DNA of 64,000 bases, from positions 192,001 to 256,000 of the forward strand of contig CAVTUQ010000007.1 of NCBI GenBank assembly GCA_963737905.1, in the 5' to 3' direction. Below the pieces are notes generated by a model. That model was not told where the DNA came from, ran no database searches, and was given only the letters and a program-made list of their open reading frames with translations. The stretch is from an uncultured delta proteobacterium (GTDB lineage Bacteria > Desulfobacterota > Binatia > UBA9968). The position numbers were made by a program, and so were the translations under genes. Positions within the stretch are counted from its first letter, which is position 1, and the number at the start of each line of letters is the position of its first letter. This document shows, in pieces, positions 10,446 to 21,474 of the stretch.

Positions 10446-11245
10446 TTACGAGGGCAAGTCGATCATAATAAGGGTCGGCTTGCCCTTTTTTGTGACTTCC
10501 AATTTGATCTGAGTCTCCGCCTTTCTGGACTGGACAAATGCCTCCAGTTCATGGGCGGATTGAATCGACTTGGTCGTCTCGCTTTCGTGATGACGTCTCC
10601 GCGTTGCATTCCCGCAACCATCGCGGCACTGCCTTTGGCCACGTCAACCACCAGAACGCCTCTCTGGAACGGAATGTCCAAAAGGGCTGCGACTTCTGCG
10701 GTCAAATCCTGCGCTTGGATGCCTGACCGTTTTTGTAACTCTCTGGTGGGAGGAGGAGTGTTGAGCGCCGGCAACGACTTGGATTTCGCTAGTACCTGGG
10801 TCGACGCGTAGATAGGCACTTTCATTCTCAAGGCGACGGCAAGGGCGTCGCTTGGTCGCGCATCGATCTGCAAGTCCTGACCCCTCATGACTAAGAATAG
10901 AACGGCGAAGTAGGTATTGCGCCGAAGGTCGGTAATCATCACCCGTTGCAGGGTTGCGCCTAATCCTTGGATGATGTTGCGAATCAGATCGTGAGTCAGC
11001 GGTCGCGGCGGTGTCACATGCTCAAGTTCGAGGGCAATGGCTCTTGCTTCGGGCACGTCGATCCAGATCGGCAGGAGTTTTTTGTCAGCCACGGTTTCAA
11101 GAACGACGATTGGGCTTTGTGTATTCGGATCGAGCATGAGAGTTTTGATTTTTGCCTCCACGGAGCTGATCTCTTGCGCGGCGTAGAGGCAGATAGGAAA
11201 GAAAAAGAGAAGCGATAACAGAAAAAGCCATGGGCTACGTTTCAT
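10446..11245 (-). CDS. Bifunctional-nuclease (DUF151) domain protein with N-terminal signal peptide and C-terminal PDZ domain; frameshift near 10575
   Basis: LPIWI..EARAIA, PRPLTHDL and DARPSDALAVALR; GVLVVDVAKGSAAMVAGMQRGDVI (PDZ) is completed in a shifted frame (..KSIQSAHELEAFVQS..KKGKPTLIMIDLPS*). Confidence 0.82.
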
Positions 11246-11396
11246 ACAAGCCTCCTTCGCTAGAGTGGTGGCTGTTATCCCATCGTTTCCTCTGCCCCAG
11301 CTTATCCGTGGCCGTTGGAGGATGTCAACAATGCCGTTTTTCTTGACCCGGTGATTCGGGCTGAGTTATTGTCGGCCCTAGGAGAGCTTTCCCGTC

Positions 11397-13131
11397 GTGA
11401 AAATTCACATTCTCTCGGATGAGATGGCGAGCCGCATCGCCGCCGGCGAGGTGGTCGAGCGTCCGGCGTCGGTGGTTAAGGAGCTCATAGAAAATTCCTT
11501 GGATGCCGGTGCGACGGAGATCTCCGTCTCCATTGAAAAGAGTGGCACGGCACTGATTTGCGTGACTGACAACGGTGAAGGCATGGGGTCTGAAGATCTC
11601 GCCCTAGCGGTAGAAAGACACGCGACGAGCAAACTGAGAAACGAAGAGGATCTCTTCCGCATCGCCACTTTGGGATTTAGGGGGGAAGCGTTGCCGAGTA
11701 TCGCCTCCGTTTCAAGGATGGAAATCGTGTCTCGCCTGCCCCTGTCGGAAACGGGATTCCGGATACGGATCGAAGGAGGAAAAAAGGCAGCGCCTTTGGT
11801 GACGGGTTCGCCACCGGGGACGAGTGTTGAGATCAGAGATATTTTTTTCAACACTCCGGCTCGACGCAAGTTTCTCAAATCGCCTGCTACTGAGCTGAGC
11901 CATATTTGTGACGTGTTTAACCGCATGGCGTTAGCCCATCCGGAGGTTCACTTTCGTCTCTCTCATGAGGGCAGGACGATTGCGGATCATGCAGTCGTGA
12001 ACCAGCTCAGCGATCGCTTTTATCAGGTTTTAGGGCGCGAAATCGCAAAGGATTTGATCCCTTTCTCTTGGGTCCGAGGCGATTTGCTTGCCAGCGGATA
12101 CCTAAGCTCTGTGCCGACTTCGTTCCCCAATTCGCGCTATCTTATTACATTTGTTAATCGCCGTTTTGTACGGGACAAGACGTTGACGCACGCGGTGTTG
12201 CAGGGCTATGAGACTTTGCTGATGAAGGGCCAGTATCCTGCGGTGGTCCTCTTTCTGGACATTCCGTCTGCCGAGGTAGACGTTAATGTCCATCCGGCAA
12301 AGTATGAAGTTAAGTTCCGCCGACAGTCGATCGTGCACGAAACGGTTGCCGAGGCCATTCAGCAAAAGCTAAAAGAAAAAGCCAAAGAACCGTCACGAAA
12401 CACATTCCCAACCATGTCCGGGCCGTTTGCCGGGGTGATGGAGGCGCAGCTACCGTATCGACCGTGTCGCAGAGCAAGAAAGGCACCCCGGGACGGATGC
12501 GTTTCCGATTTCCGGCGGCGGACACGCGGAATCGATCCCCAGTGGATTTTTCTCTTCTTTGAGTATCTTGGGCCAGATTCTTGGCTGCTATTTGGTTTGT
12601 TCCTCTCCGCAGGGATTGGCGCTTATCGATCAACATGCCGCCCACGAGCGGGTTTTCTTCGAAAAGTTCCGGCAACAATTGATTGGGGGGAATGTTCAGA
12701 AGCAGAGCCTACTCATCCCGCAAACGATTGAACTAACCGCCGGAGAGCTGATGCTCTTGGAGCAAAAACTTCCGGCCTTGGAGCGGTTGGGATTTCTTCT
12801 GGAGCCGTTCGGTCCTGCTTCCTACGCTATTACTGGAGTCCCGGCGCTTTTGCCGGAAGGTGATTACCGTCCCATCGTGCGACAAATGGTTGCGGAGTTG
12901 GCGGAGGTGGAGAATTCAGAGAAACTACGACAGCATCTGGAAGAGCGACTGGCGAGTATGGCATGCCATAGTGTTATACGGGCCAATCGTAAACTAGAAA
13001 TGCGCGAAATGCAGGCGCTGCTAAGCGAGCTGGATGGAATTGAATTTGCTACCCAATGTCCCCATGGTCGCCCGGTGCTGATCGAATTTGGCCGCGATGA
13101 GCTTGATCGGATGTTTAAGCGCGTGGTGTAG
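11397..13131 (+). CDS. mutL: DNA mismatch repair protein MutL, frameshift in the linker at about 12460
   Basis: IAAGEVVERPASVVKELIENSLDAG, GFRGEAL and DVNVHPAK; C-terminal DQHAAHER, MACH and CPHGRP lie in ORF 12559-13131. Confidence 0.95.
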
Positions 13132-13146
13132 TCTCTAGGGAGTTCT

Positions 13147-13220
13147 GGTTCAAGGTTCAAAGTTGCGGGTTCGAGGTTCTGAGTATTCACCTTGAACATT
13201 GAACCTTGAACTTTTGAACC
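13147..13220. repeat. Gene-less inverted 7-mer microsatellite hairpin (GGTTCAA)n / (TTGAACC)n
   Basis: GTT units at 13148, 13155, 13162, 13169 and 13176; TTGAAC at 13192, 13199, 13206 and 13214. Confidence 0.85.
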
Positions 13221-13245
13221 GAAAGGACCTCGTCCCCACTTTTCC

Positions 13246-14163
13246 ATGAAGCCTAAACTAGTGATTGTCCTTGGCCCTACGGCCGTGGGCAAGAGCGAGG
13301 TTGTGCTGGAGCTCGCGCCACAGCGAAATGCGGAGATCATCAACGCCGACTCGCAACAAGTGTACCGACAAATGGACATTGGCACGGCGAAGCCGTCTTC
13401 CAAGCTGCGCAAGAGGATTCCGCATCATGTGATCGATGTTGTTGATCCGGATCAAGAGTTTAATGCCGCCAAGTATCGGGAACTGGCTTCAGCCAGCATC
13501 CATGATATCCGGAAACGAGGCAAAGAGGCGATAGTCTGCGGTGGAACGGGACTGTACATCAAAGCGCTCACGCGGGGTTTGTTCGTTGGCCCCGCACAAA
13601 ACGCTGGAATCCGAGCAGCCCTCACCCTGGAGGCGGAGGGGAGTGGCCTCAGACCGCTTTACGAGCGGCTTGAGCGAGTCGATCCGTCAGCAACCTCATG
13701 GATTCATCCCAATGACCGACAGCGAATCATTCGCGCGCTGGAAGTTTATGAATTGACGGGCAAACCCATGAGCGAGTGGCAGAAAGAACATGGTTTCAAG
13801 GAGGGCCCTTTTGAGACACTCAAGATCGGAATGGTCCGTGACCGTGCAGAACTTTACAATTTAATCGATCAACGTTCTGACAGAATGATCGAAGAAGGCT
13901 TGGTCGACGAAGTGAAGGGCCTTTGTGAGAAAGGTTATGGCCTCGGTCTAAAACCGCTTCGAAGTGTTGGTTATAAGCATGTTGGATTTTTTCTCGAGGG
14001 GCAGATGACTTTGAAGGATGCCGTGTCTTTGATGAAAAGAGATACGCGCAGACTTGCCAAACGGCAACTCACGTGGTTTCGAAGCGATAAAGAGATTCGC
14101 TGGTTCCATCCCGAGCTTGAACGAGCAAAGATTAAAGGTTTAGTCGAAGAATTTTTGCATTAA
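13246..14163 (+). CDS. miaA: tRNA dimethylallyltransferase
   Basis: GPTAVGKS, INADSQQVYRQMDIGTAKP, CGGTGLY and AKRQLTWFR. Confidence 0.96.
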   Translation: MKPKLVIVLGPTAVGKSEVVLELAPQRNAEIINADSQQVYRQMDIGTAKPSSKLRKRIPHHVIDVVDPDQEFNAAKYRELASASIHDIRKRGKEAIVCGGTGLYIKALTRGLFVGPAQNAGIRAALTLEAEGSGLRPLYERLERVDPSATSWIHPNDRQRIIRALEVYELTGKPMSEWQKEHGFKEGPFETLKIGMVRDRAELYNLIDQRSDRMIEEGLVDEVKGLCEKGYGLGLKPLRSVGYKHVGFFLEGQMTLKDAVSLMKRDTRRLAKRQLTWFRSDKEIRWFHPELERAKIKGLVEEFLH

Positions 14164-14211
14164 ATCATGCCTGTCTCGCATGGGTTGCCGGGAAAGACTC
14201 ACGATCACGCG

Positions 14212-15468
14212 CTAGCAACAGGGGAGCGGATTTTCGATTAAATTATAGACATGATCGAAGGTGACTTCGTTGATGCGCGCGAGAATTTTGAAAGTCCGCG
14301 GCGGCTCGTTCTTGAGAAATACCATGATTGCGGTCTCGACGGGTGGACATCCGGCTTTCACGCAGGGAACCTCTTTGACCACAACCGGCGCGTCGGGGGG
14401 GAACGTTAGGATAGTCTGTACCCAGTAGCGAATCTGATCGAGAGTGAATTTGGAAACGTCTTGCTTACGACCGAAGGGGTCCACTTCATCGGCAGGGCCT
14501 GTGCCGTTGTCCGTGGTAATGCATTGCATGAAACCCTGAGTAATTTTGTCTTTGTCCAAGTCGCGACCGATAAAAACCAGGCGATTGAGCCGTTCTTCAT
14601 CCGCCGCCCACGCACGACCGGGCCGACCCTCAAAGAGCATATGGACGCCCTGAAAGACGAATTGGTCTGTGTCTTTGCGCAGGTTTAAAATGCCCTTCAT
14701 GCGCATGATTTTTTCGCCGAATTCGGCGATGAGCTCGCGAAACCACTGGCTCACTTTTACGCCATCCAGATCACCCGGTGTCGCGATGGCAACCGTTTCG
14801 ATGTCTTGGGTGTGACTGTGGTTGTGGTCGTGGTTTTGCGATTTCACTTCGAGCTCGAGAGCGCGTAAATCCAAGATCGTGCCGATATCGACATCGGAAT
14901 TCCTCGTCTGGCAGATTCGGGCCGCGCCGTTTAAATTACGAATCTTATATTCCAGCTCCGGTAAATCTTCGGGGTTGATGAGATCGATCTTGTTCAGCAG
15001 CACCATGTCGGCGAAGCCGATCTGTTCTTTCGCTTCGGGGGATTGTTTCAATTGTTGGTAGACGTGCTTGGCGTCGACAACGGTGACCACGCCGTTCAGT
15101 TGATATGCCGTCTTGATCCGATCGTCGATAAAAAAAGTTTGTACGACCGGTGCCGGATCAGCCAGACCCGTGGTCTCGATCATCAAGGTATCGAATTTCT
15201 CGCGGTGCTCGAGAAGCTGGAAAAGACTGCGCACAAGATCACCGCGCACGGTGCAACAGATGCAGCCGTTGCTCATTTCCACGACTTCCTGATCCGATGA
15301 GATCAACAAGTGGTGATCGATGCCCACTTCACCGAATTCATTGACAATCACGGCGACTCGGCGTCCGTGGTCCGCGGTCAGTATGCGGTTCAGCAATGTG
15401 GTCTTTCCAGCGCCTAAAAACCCCGTGAGGACGGTCACCGGGACTCTCTGATCATTCTCATTTGCCAT
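14212..15468 (-). CDS. CobW/COG0523 metallochaperone GTPase with an extra C-terminal Cys-rich domain
   Basis: GFLGAGKTT, NEFGEVGID, GCICCTVR, ETTGLADP, His-rich linker and CobW_C; the tail has CVKAGCPP and ends in PCC. Confidence 0.9.
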   Translation of the reverse strand: MANENDQRVPVTVLTGFLGAGKTTLLNRILTADHGRRVAVIVNEFGEVGIDHHLLISSDQEVVEMSNGCICCTVRGDLVRSLFQLLEHREKFDTLMIETTGLADPAPVVQTFFIDDRIKTAYQLNGVVTVVDAKHVYQQLKQSPEAKEQIGFADMVLLNKIDLINPEDLPELEYKIRNLNGAARICQTRNSDVDIGTILDLRALELEVKSQNHDHNHSHTQDIETVAIATPGDLDGVKVSQWFRELIAEFGEKIMRMKGILNLRKDTDQFVFQGVHMLFEGRPGRAWAADEERLNRLVFIGRDLDKDKITQGFMQCITTDNGTGPADEVDPFGRKQDVSKFTLDQIRYWVQTILTFPPDAPVVVKEVPCVKAGCPPVETAIMVFLKNEPPRTFKILARINEVTFDHVYNLIENPLPCC

Positions 15469-15575
15469 CGGCGTCAAGTACCTCCGCAATTCTCCTTTGA
15501 AAAAATAACAACGGGGCGGAGTTGAGTCAACCTGGAAGCAATTGTATATCTAGTCCAATTGCGGAGGTTTGTCAG

Positions 15576-16325
15576 ATGAAGCTCGAGGGAAAAGTGGCAT
15601 TGGTCACGGGATTTGGTTCGGGTCTAGGCCGGGCGATTTCGGTGCTGTTCGCCAAGGAGCGCGCAGCCGTGGCGGGAACGTCAACCACCGAGGCCAAGGG
15701 GCGAGACACGGCGGCGATGATTGAAAACGACGGAGGAAAAACGTTCTTTCGCCCGGGGGATGTAAGCGACTCTGAGCAGATGAAGGCAGTGATCGACGAG
15801 ACGATCCAACGATTCGGCGGCTTGGATATTGTAGTCAACAGCGCGGGTGTGCGAACCAACGGGAGCATTACTGAGATTACCGAAGAACAATGGGATCGAA
15901 CCCTCGACGTAAACCTCAAGGGGGTCTTTGTTGTTTCGCGTCTTGCGATCCCGCAAATGATCAAACGCGGCGGCGGAGTGATTCTCAATATCGGGGCGCG
16001 TTCAGGGATGGCCGGCCAGGCCGGACGCGCGGCGTATTGCGCCTCGAAGGGTGGGTTGATCACTTTGACCGAGGCCATGGCCATGGATTATGCTGGGCAG
16101 AAAATTCGCGTCAACTGCATTTGTCCGGGACCAACGAGAACGCCGATGGTCGATACCTCGACGCCGGAACGGCTCGCGCATTACCAACGACGGGTGCCCA
16201 TTGGACGGATTGGCGAACCGGAAGACATCGCCCGGGCGGCTCTTTACTTGGCATCCGACGAGGGATCCATGGTGACCGCCGCCGTTTTGCCGGTGGACGG
16301 GGGTATGCGTTTGACCGGTAGGTAA
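15576..16325 (+). CDS. SDR family oxidoreductase
   Basis: TGFGSGLG, VNSAG, YCASK and VNCICPG. Confidence 0.92.
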   Translation: MKLEGKVALVTGFGSGLGRAISVLFAKERAAVAGTSTTEAKGRDTAAMIENDGGKTFFRPGDVSDSEQMKAVIDETIQRFGGLDIVVNSAGVRTNGSITEITEEQWDRTLDVNLKGVFVVSRLAIPQMIKRGGGVILNIGARSGMAGQAGRAAYCASKGGLITLTEAMAMDYAGQKIRVNCICPGPTRTPMVDTSTPERLAHYQRRVPIGRIGEPEDIARAALYLASDEGSMVTAAVLPVDGGMRLTGR

Positions 16326-16369
16326 ATTCGTCGATGACTGAACCGGAAGGCTTTTTTGAGGCGACGCAC

Positions 16370-17260
16370 TCAGCCGGAAGTGAGACGTTTCAGAGTCCTT
16401 GCCAGATCAACGGGCAGGGAGGCTACCCAACTGCCTCGCTTGCCACAGTATTCCAAGGCAACCATCGACGCGTGAAGGAACTGGCGGCGCAGCCCGTGCG
16501 CCTGGCGAAATTTCTTGTTGAATGAAAAGTCTCCGTGCTGATCGTCCAAAACGACAGGGTGGCCATAGCGCGCGAAATGAAGACGAATTTGATGCATCCG
16601 GCCCGTGGCGATGATCGCTCGAACCAAAGTAGTTTCCGAGAATCTCTTGACGACCCGAAAACGGGTTAGAGCGCGAACCGGTTTGCCCTCCCTACCTGGA
16701 AGCCGCAACTCTATCGTCCCTTCGTTCTCTTGAAGCCGCCCCGCCAACAAGCAGACATACTCTTTTTCCACCCTCCCCTCAGCAAATAAGTTCTCCAACT
16801 CTCTCGCCATCGGTTCGTTCTTGGCCGCGAGCAATACGCCGGAAGTGTCCTTATCGAGGCGGTGAATCAGCCGTGGTGCAATTCCCTGAGGGCGATATCT
16901 TGTTTCCAATATCCCTAAAATGGAATGCCGCTTGAGAATGTCTCTGCCCTCGTGAACCGCAATGCCCGCCGGTTTGTTGAGGACGATAATTTCATCGTCT
17001 TCAAAAATAATTTCCAAGTCAGACTGGGGTGTGGCATTTTGGCGGGTTGGCTGTGGGCTTTCCTCGAATGGAATGTAGAGTTGAATGCGATCTCCCGGGA
17101 CGATTGGATCGGCGGGTTTGGACCGTCTGCCGTTAACCCGCACGCCATTCTTACGGAAGAGTTTTCTTACATAACCGATGGGAAAGCGTTTCTTGAGAAA
17201 ATTCTCCAACTTCTTGGAACTTTCTCCAGCCGTAATGGAGATTTCTTGTATCACGCTCAT
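16370..17260 (-). CDS. RluA/RluC family pseudouridine synthase with S4 domain
   Basis: NKPAGIAVH, HRLDKDTSG and TGRMHQIRLH. Confidence 0.92.
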   Translation of the reverse strand: MSVIQEISITAGESSKKLENFLKKRFPIGYVRKLFRKNGVRVNGRRSKPADPIVPGDRIQLYIPFEESPQPTRQNATPQSDLEIIFEDDEIIVLNKPAGIAVHEGRDILKRHSILGILETRYRPQGIAPRLIHRLDKDTSGVLLAAKNEPMARELENLFAEGRVEKEYVCLLAGRLQENEGTIELRLPGREGKPVRALTRFRVVKRFSETTLVRAIIATGRMHQIRLHFARYGHPVVLDDQHGDFSFNKKFRQAHGLRRQFLHASMVALEYCGKRGSWVASLPVDLARTLKRLTSG

Positions 17261-17385
17261 GAGATAACCAAGACGGCGCTCCGTCGTCAAGAGTACAATA
17301 TGGCAATATTTGCAATTCTGTAGGAATTAAGATACGTTACGCGGGTGGCGCCAAGGAATAAGCCTTGTTGTAGCGCCTGGGTGAG

Positions 17386-18468
17386 GTGTTATTGAGCCGT
17401 AAAGAGTCGGTCGATGCTCTCAGAAAAAAGATCGATCAGATTGATGAAAAAGTTGTTGCTCTTCTAAACGACCGTGCTTCGCTCGCACTACGGATCGGTC
17501 ATAGTAAAAGGCTCAACCACGAAGGAGTTTACGCGCCTAGCCGCGAGCAGGAAGTCCTTCATCGGGTCGGCAAGTTAAGTCGCGGGCCGCTGTCTCAACA
17601 GGCACTTCGTTCTGTCTTCAAAGAAGTTATCGGCGTTTGCCGTTCCCTCGAATCACCCTTGAGGGTTGCATTTTTCGGGGCTGAGGGCACGTACTCCCAT
17701 CTCGCCGCCAGGGAAAAATTCGGCTCTGCGGTCACTTTACTCTCGACCCCCAGCATCAGCGATGTCTTTCAGGAGGTCAGGCAGGGACGAGTTTCTTTTG
17801 GCGTCGTGCCAATAGAAAATTCGACCGAGGGTGTCGTGGCTCATACCCTCGATCTATTGGTGGAATCTGACTTGCAGATTTGCGCGGAAATTTTCCTGGA
17901 CATTCATCATAACCTGTTATCGCGCAGGGGTCGCGCCGAGGACATTCAGAAGATCGTTTCCCACCCTCAGGCGTTGGGCCAGTGTCGTCGTTGGCTCGCC
18001 AGCCATTTTCCCAAGGTGGAGGTGGAGGAGGTGGCAAGCACCGCCCACGCCGCGATGATGGCAGCAACGGATGCCGCACTCGCTGCCATATCGAGTAGCT
18101 TGGCCAGGGAAGTTTATGATCTTCAACCCGTTGCGGAAAATATCGAGGATCAGAGCAATAACATCACGCGCTTCCTGGTCATCGGACACGATGATTCGAA
18201 GCCCAGTAGAGATGACAAAACTTCACTGGTCTTCTCGGTGAAAGATGAGCCCGGAATTTTGCACCGGATGCTGGAACCTTTTGCCAAAGGCCGAATCAAC
18301 TTGACGAAGATCGAGTCGCGCCCTTTGAAGAATAAACCCTGGGAGTACATGTTTTTCATCGATTTCAAGGGACACAAAGAAGAAGGGGGGGTCAAAAGAG
18401 CCATCAAGAAGTTGAAGAACAATTGTCTCTTCTTAAAGATCTTGGGCTCTTATCCGAGCGGCATATGA
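17386..18468 (+). CDS. pheA: Chorismate mutase/prephenate dehydratase
   Basis: LRKKIDQID, PIENSTEG, SHPQALGQC, NITRF and LTKIESRP. Confidence 0.95.
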   Translation: MLLSRKESVDALRKKIDQIDEKVVALLNDRASLALRIGHSKRLNHEGVYAPSREQEVLHRVGKLSRGPLSQQALRSVFKEVIGVCRSLESPLRVAFFGAEGTYSHLAAREKFGSAVTLLSTPSISDVFQEVRQGRVSFGVVPIENSTEGVVAHTLDLLVESDLQICAEIFLDIHHNLLSRRGRAEDIQKIVSHPQALGQCRRWLASHFPKVEVEEVASTAHAAMMAATDAALAAISSSLAREVYDLQPVAENIEDQSNNITRFLVIGHDDSKPSRDDKTSLVFSVKDEPGILHRMLEPFAKGRINLTKIESRPLKNKPWEYMFFIDFKGHKEEGGVKRAIKKLKNNCLFLKILGSYPSGI

Positions 18469-19562
18469 GCCCGATGGATCGAGTCCCAGAATATATCCGC
18501 ACGTTGGTGCCCTACCTCCCCGGTAAACCCATTGAAGAGGTCGAGCGGGAATACGGCATTTCCAATTCCGTCAAGCTCGCTTCCAACGAAAACCCGTTGG
18601 GTCCTTCGCCCAAGGCGATGCGCGCCATTCGGGACAAACTGGACCAGTTGCATCTCTATCCGGACGGCGATTGTTTTTATTTGAAATCCGCTTTGGCGGA
18701 CAAGTTAGGGATCGAAGGCGAACGACTGATCTTTGGCAACGGCTCCAATGAACTCATTGAGTTGGCGGTTAGAACCTTTATGCGTCCCGGCGATGAAGCG
18801 GTGATGGCCCAACAGGCCTTCGTAGTTTATCAATTGGTGGTTCAAGCCGCGGGTGGCCTAGGCAAAGTCGTACCGCTGCGGGACTTCACGCATGATCTTT
18901 CAGCCATCGCCGAGGCCATCGGCCCGAAAACGCGGATCGTTTTTTTGGCCAATCCGAACAATCCCACCGGGACGATCTATCGCCGCGACGAATGGGAACG
19001 CTTTCTCCAACGGGTATCTCCCCACGTCTTGATTGTCGTTGATGAAGCCTATTTCGAGTATGTCGGCGACGCAAACTATCCCGATTCATTAAAATATCAT
19101 GATCATGGAAGGACACTGCTGACACTCAGGACCTTTTCCAAGCTTTATGGTCTAGCCGGCTTGAGGATCGGTTATGGCGTAGCGTCCAAGGAGATCGTGG
19201 ATCTTCTGCACAGAGTTCGCCAGCCATTCAACGTCAACGCTGTGGCGCAGTGGGCCGCCTTGGCGGCGTTAGAGGATCACGAACATGTCCGGCGGAGCCT
19301 CGATGTCAACCGAAAAGGTATGCAGTACCTCAGCAAGGAGATCGCCCAACTCGGCCTGGAGCAGGTTCCAAGCAGCGCGAATTTTATTCTGACTCGGGTG
19401 GGAAATGGAAATCATGCGTTTCAACAACTGCTCGCGCACGGAGTGATCGTGCGGCCGATGGCGGTCTATGACCTTCCGGAATACGTCAGGGTCACGGTCG
19501 GTACCAAGGAGGAGAACCGGAGATTCATCGACGCCTTAAAGAAAGTCATTAAGGCTTTTTAG
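18465..19562 (+). CDS. hisC: Histidinol-phosphate aminotransferase
   Basis: KLASNENPLG, ANPNNPTG, DEAY and RTFSKLYGLAGLRIGY. Confidence 0.95.
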   Translation: MSPMDRVPEYIRTLVPYLPGKPIEEVEREYGISNSVKLASNENPLGPSPKAMRAIRDKLDQLHLYPDGDCFYLKSALADKLGIEGERLIFGNGSNELIELAVRTFMRPGDEAVMAQQAFVVYQLVVQAAGGLGKVVPLRDFTHDLSAIAEAIGPKTRIVFLANPNNPTGTIYRRDEWERFLQRVSPHVLIVVDEAYFEYVGDANYPDSLKYHDHGRTLLTLRTFSKLYGLAGLRIGYGVASKEIVDLLHRVRQPFNVNAVAQWAALAALEDHEHVRRSLDVNRKGMQYLSKEIAQLGLEQVPSSANFILTRVGNGNHAFQQLLAHGVIVRPMAVYDLPEYVRVTVGTKEENRRFIDALKKVIKAF

Positions 19563-19586
19563 TTTTGGGGGGAGAGATTTGTCGCG

Positions 19587-20600
19587 ATGATTGTTGTTTT
19601 AAAGCCTGAAATTCAACCCGACGAGATTCAGAGAGTTGTTGAGCGAATCGAAAGCTTCGGCCTTCGTGCGCATCTATCGCAGGGAGAGGAAAGAACGATC
19701 ATTGGGGCCATTGGCGATGAACGGCTTCTGGCAGATCAAACACTGGAGTCCTTTCCCGGCGTCGAAAAGGTGCTCCCCATCCTTAAACCCTATAAGCTCG
19801 TGAGCAGAGAGTTTCAACCCAGCAACACCATCATTCAGATTAACGGACGCAGAATCGGCGACAAGAGAATACACGTTATGGCCGGTCCCTGCTCCGTCGA
19901 ATCGCAAGAGCAAGTTCTGGGGGCTGCCATTCCAGTCAAAGAAGCCGGGGCGACGTTTCTGCGCGGCGGCGCTTACAAGCCGAGAACCTCGCCCTATAGC
20001 TTCCAGGGTTTGGGCCCGCAAGGTTTGGATCATTTGGCTCATGCTCGCGAAGTGACCGGATTGCCGATCATCACCGAAGTTCTCGATCCCCGGGATTTGG
20101 AGATTGTATGCAAGTATACCGACATTCTTCAGATCGGCGCGCGCAACATGCAGAACTTCAAGCTGCTCACGGACATCGGCAAACTCGACAAACCGGTCAT
20201 GCTCAAGCGGGGCTTGAGCGCTACCATCCAAGAATTCTTGCTTTCCGCCGAATACATCGCGGCGGAAGGCAATCGAAGAATCATCCTCTGTGAACGCGGC
20301 ATCAGAACGTATGAAACCGAGACGCGCAACACGCTCGACTTAAGCGCGGTACCCGTACTCAAGCAGTTGACGCACTTGCCGGTGTTCGTCGATCCGAGTC
20401 ACGGCACCGGAAGGTGGGATCTAGTGGCACCGATGGCCCTAGCGGCTATTGCAGCGGGAGCGGACGGGCTTTTGATAGAGGTCCATCCAAAGCCCGAAGT
20501 GGCCCTGAGCGACGGCCCGCAGTCGCTCAAGCCGCTCAAATTCGCCGCCCTTATGGAACAGCTAAAGAAGGTGGCGGTGGCTTTGGGTAGGGAGGTTTAG
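19587..20600 (+). CDS. aroF: DAHP synthase, class I-beta
   Basis: [34 protein letters not shown] and DPSHGTG. Confidence 0.95.
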   Translation: MIVVLKPEIQPDEIQRVVERIESFGLRAHLSQGEERTIIGAIGDERLLADQTLESFPGVEKVLPILKPYKLVSREFQPSNTIIQINGRRIGDKRIHVMAGPCSVESQEQVLGAAIPVKEAGATFLRGGAYKPRTSPYSFQGLGPQGLDHLAHAREVTGLPIITEVLDPRDLEIVCKYTDILQIGARNMQNFKLLTDIGKLDKPVMLKRGLSATIQEFLLSAEYIAAEGNRRIILCERGIRTYETETRNTLDLSAVPVLKQLTHLPVFVDPSHGTGRWDLVAPMALAAIAAGADGLLIEVHPKPEVALSDGPQSLKPLKFAALMEQLKKVAVALGREV

Positions 20601-21463
20601 TGGCGTTGATTTTTCGGCGGATGGTGGTTGTGGGAGTGGGACTGATCGGTGGATCGTTGGCGCTCGATGTGCGGAGGCGCGGCTTGGTAGAAGAGATCAT
20701 GGGTGTCGGCCGAAGCGAAAAGAATCTCCAATTTGCCCAGCGGCAGGGTATGATCGATGGTTATGTTACGAAGGAGACGGACGTTCCCGAAGATACGGAT
20801 CTGTTGATGATGGCCACGCCGGTTCAAACCACGGTCGCTCTTACCAAAGGATTTTTGCCCGCGTTGCGGCAGGGTTGCATCGTCAGCGATGTGGGCAGCG
20901 TGAAGGCGGAAATTGTTCACGGAATGGAAAAACTACTGCCGTCGGATATTCCGTTCGTAGCGGGTCATCCGATCGCGGGAGGTGAACAATGGGGCGCCCG
21001 GGCCGCAAAAGCGGATCTTTTTGCAGGTCATCGTTGCATTCTAACGCCGACGAAGAGAACCGATGCAGCGGCCTTGAGAAAAATCGCCCTGCTGTGGCGC
21101 AAAGTGGGGGCAAAAGTAGAAATGATGGATCCGGAAACCCACGACCGAGTGCTGGGCATCATCAGCCACTTGCCCCATGTGTTAGTCTATGCTCTTGTGA
21201 ACACTTTGGCAGAGACTCGGGTTCGCGGTATCGATCTGAAAACCTACTGCGCCGGCGGCTTTAAGGATTTTACCAGGATCGCCTCGAGCCGGCCCGAATT
21301 GTGGCGCGATATATGCCTGTTGAATCGCCGCGCCCTCGGCGAGTCGCTCGGGGATTACATCAAAAGCCTTGAGCAACTTAAACGTTGGATTGAGGACGGC
21401 GAGGGCGCTTTGCTGGAAAAGGAGTTTGCGCGGGCCAATCGAATCCGCACCCAGATTGTCTAG
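20600..21463 (+). CDS. tyrA: Prephenate/arogenate dehydrogenase
   Basis: GVGLIGGS, SDVGSVK, GHPIAG, SHLPH and DFTRIASS. Confidence 0.93.
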   Translation: MALIFRRMVVVGVGLIGGSLALDVRRRGLVEEIMGVGRSEKNLQFAQRQGMIDGYVTKETDVPEDTDLLMMATPVQTTVALTKGFLPALRQGCIVSDVGSVKAEIVHGMEKLLPSDIPFVAGHPIAGGEQWGARAAKADLFAGHRCILTPTKRTDAAALRKIALLWRKVGAKVEMMDPETHDRVLGIISHLPHVLVYALVNTLAETRVRGIDLKTYCAGGFKDFTRIASSRPELWRDICLLNRRALGESLGDYIKSLEQLKRWIEDGEGALLEKEFARANRIRTQIV

Positions 21464-21474
21464 CGCGCTACGAC

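Noticed and set aside
4419-13131. Programmed ribosomal frameshifting in yicC or mutL
   Set aside because: No clear slippery heptamer with a stimulatory structure at the shift points, and similar breaks occur in many unrelated genes
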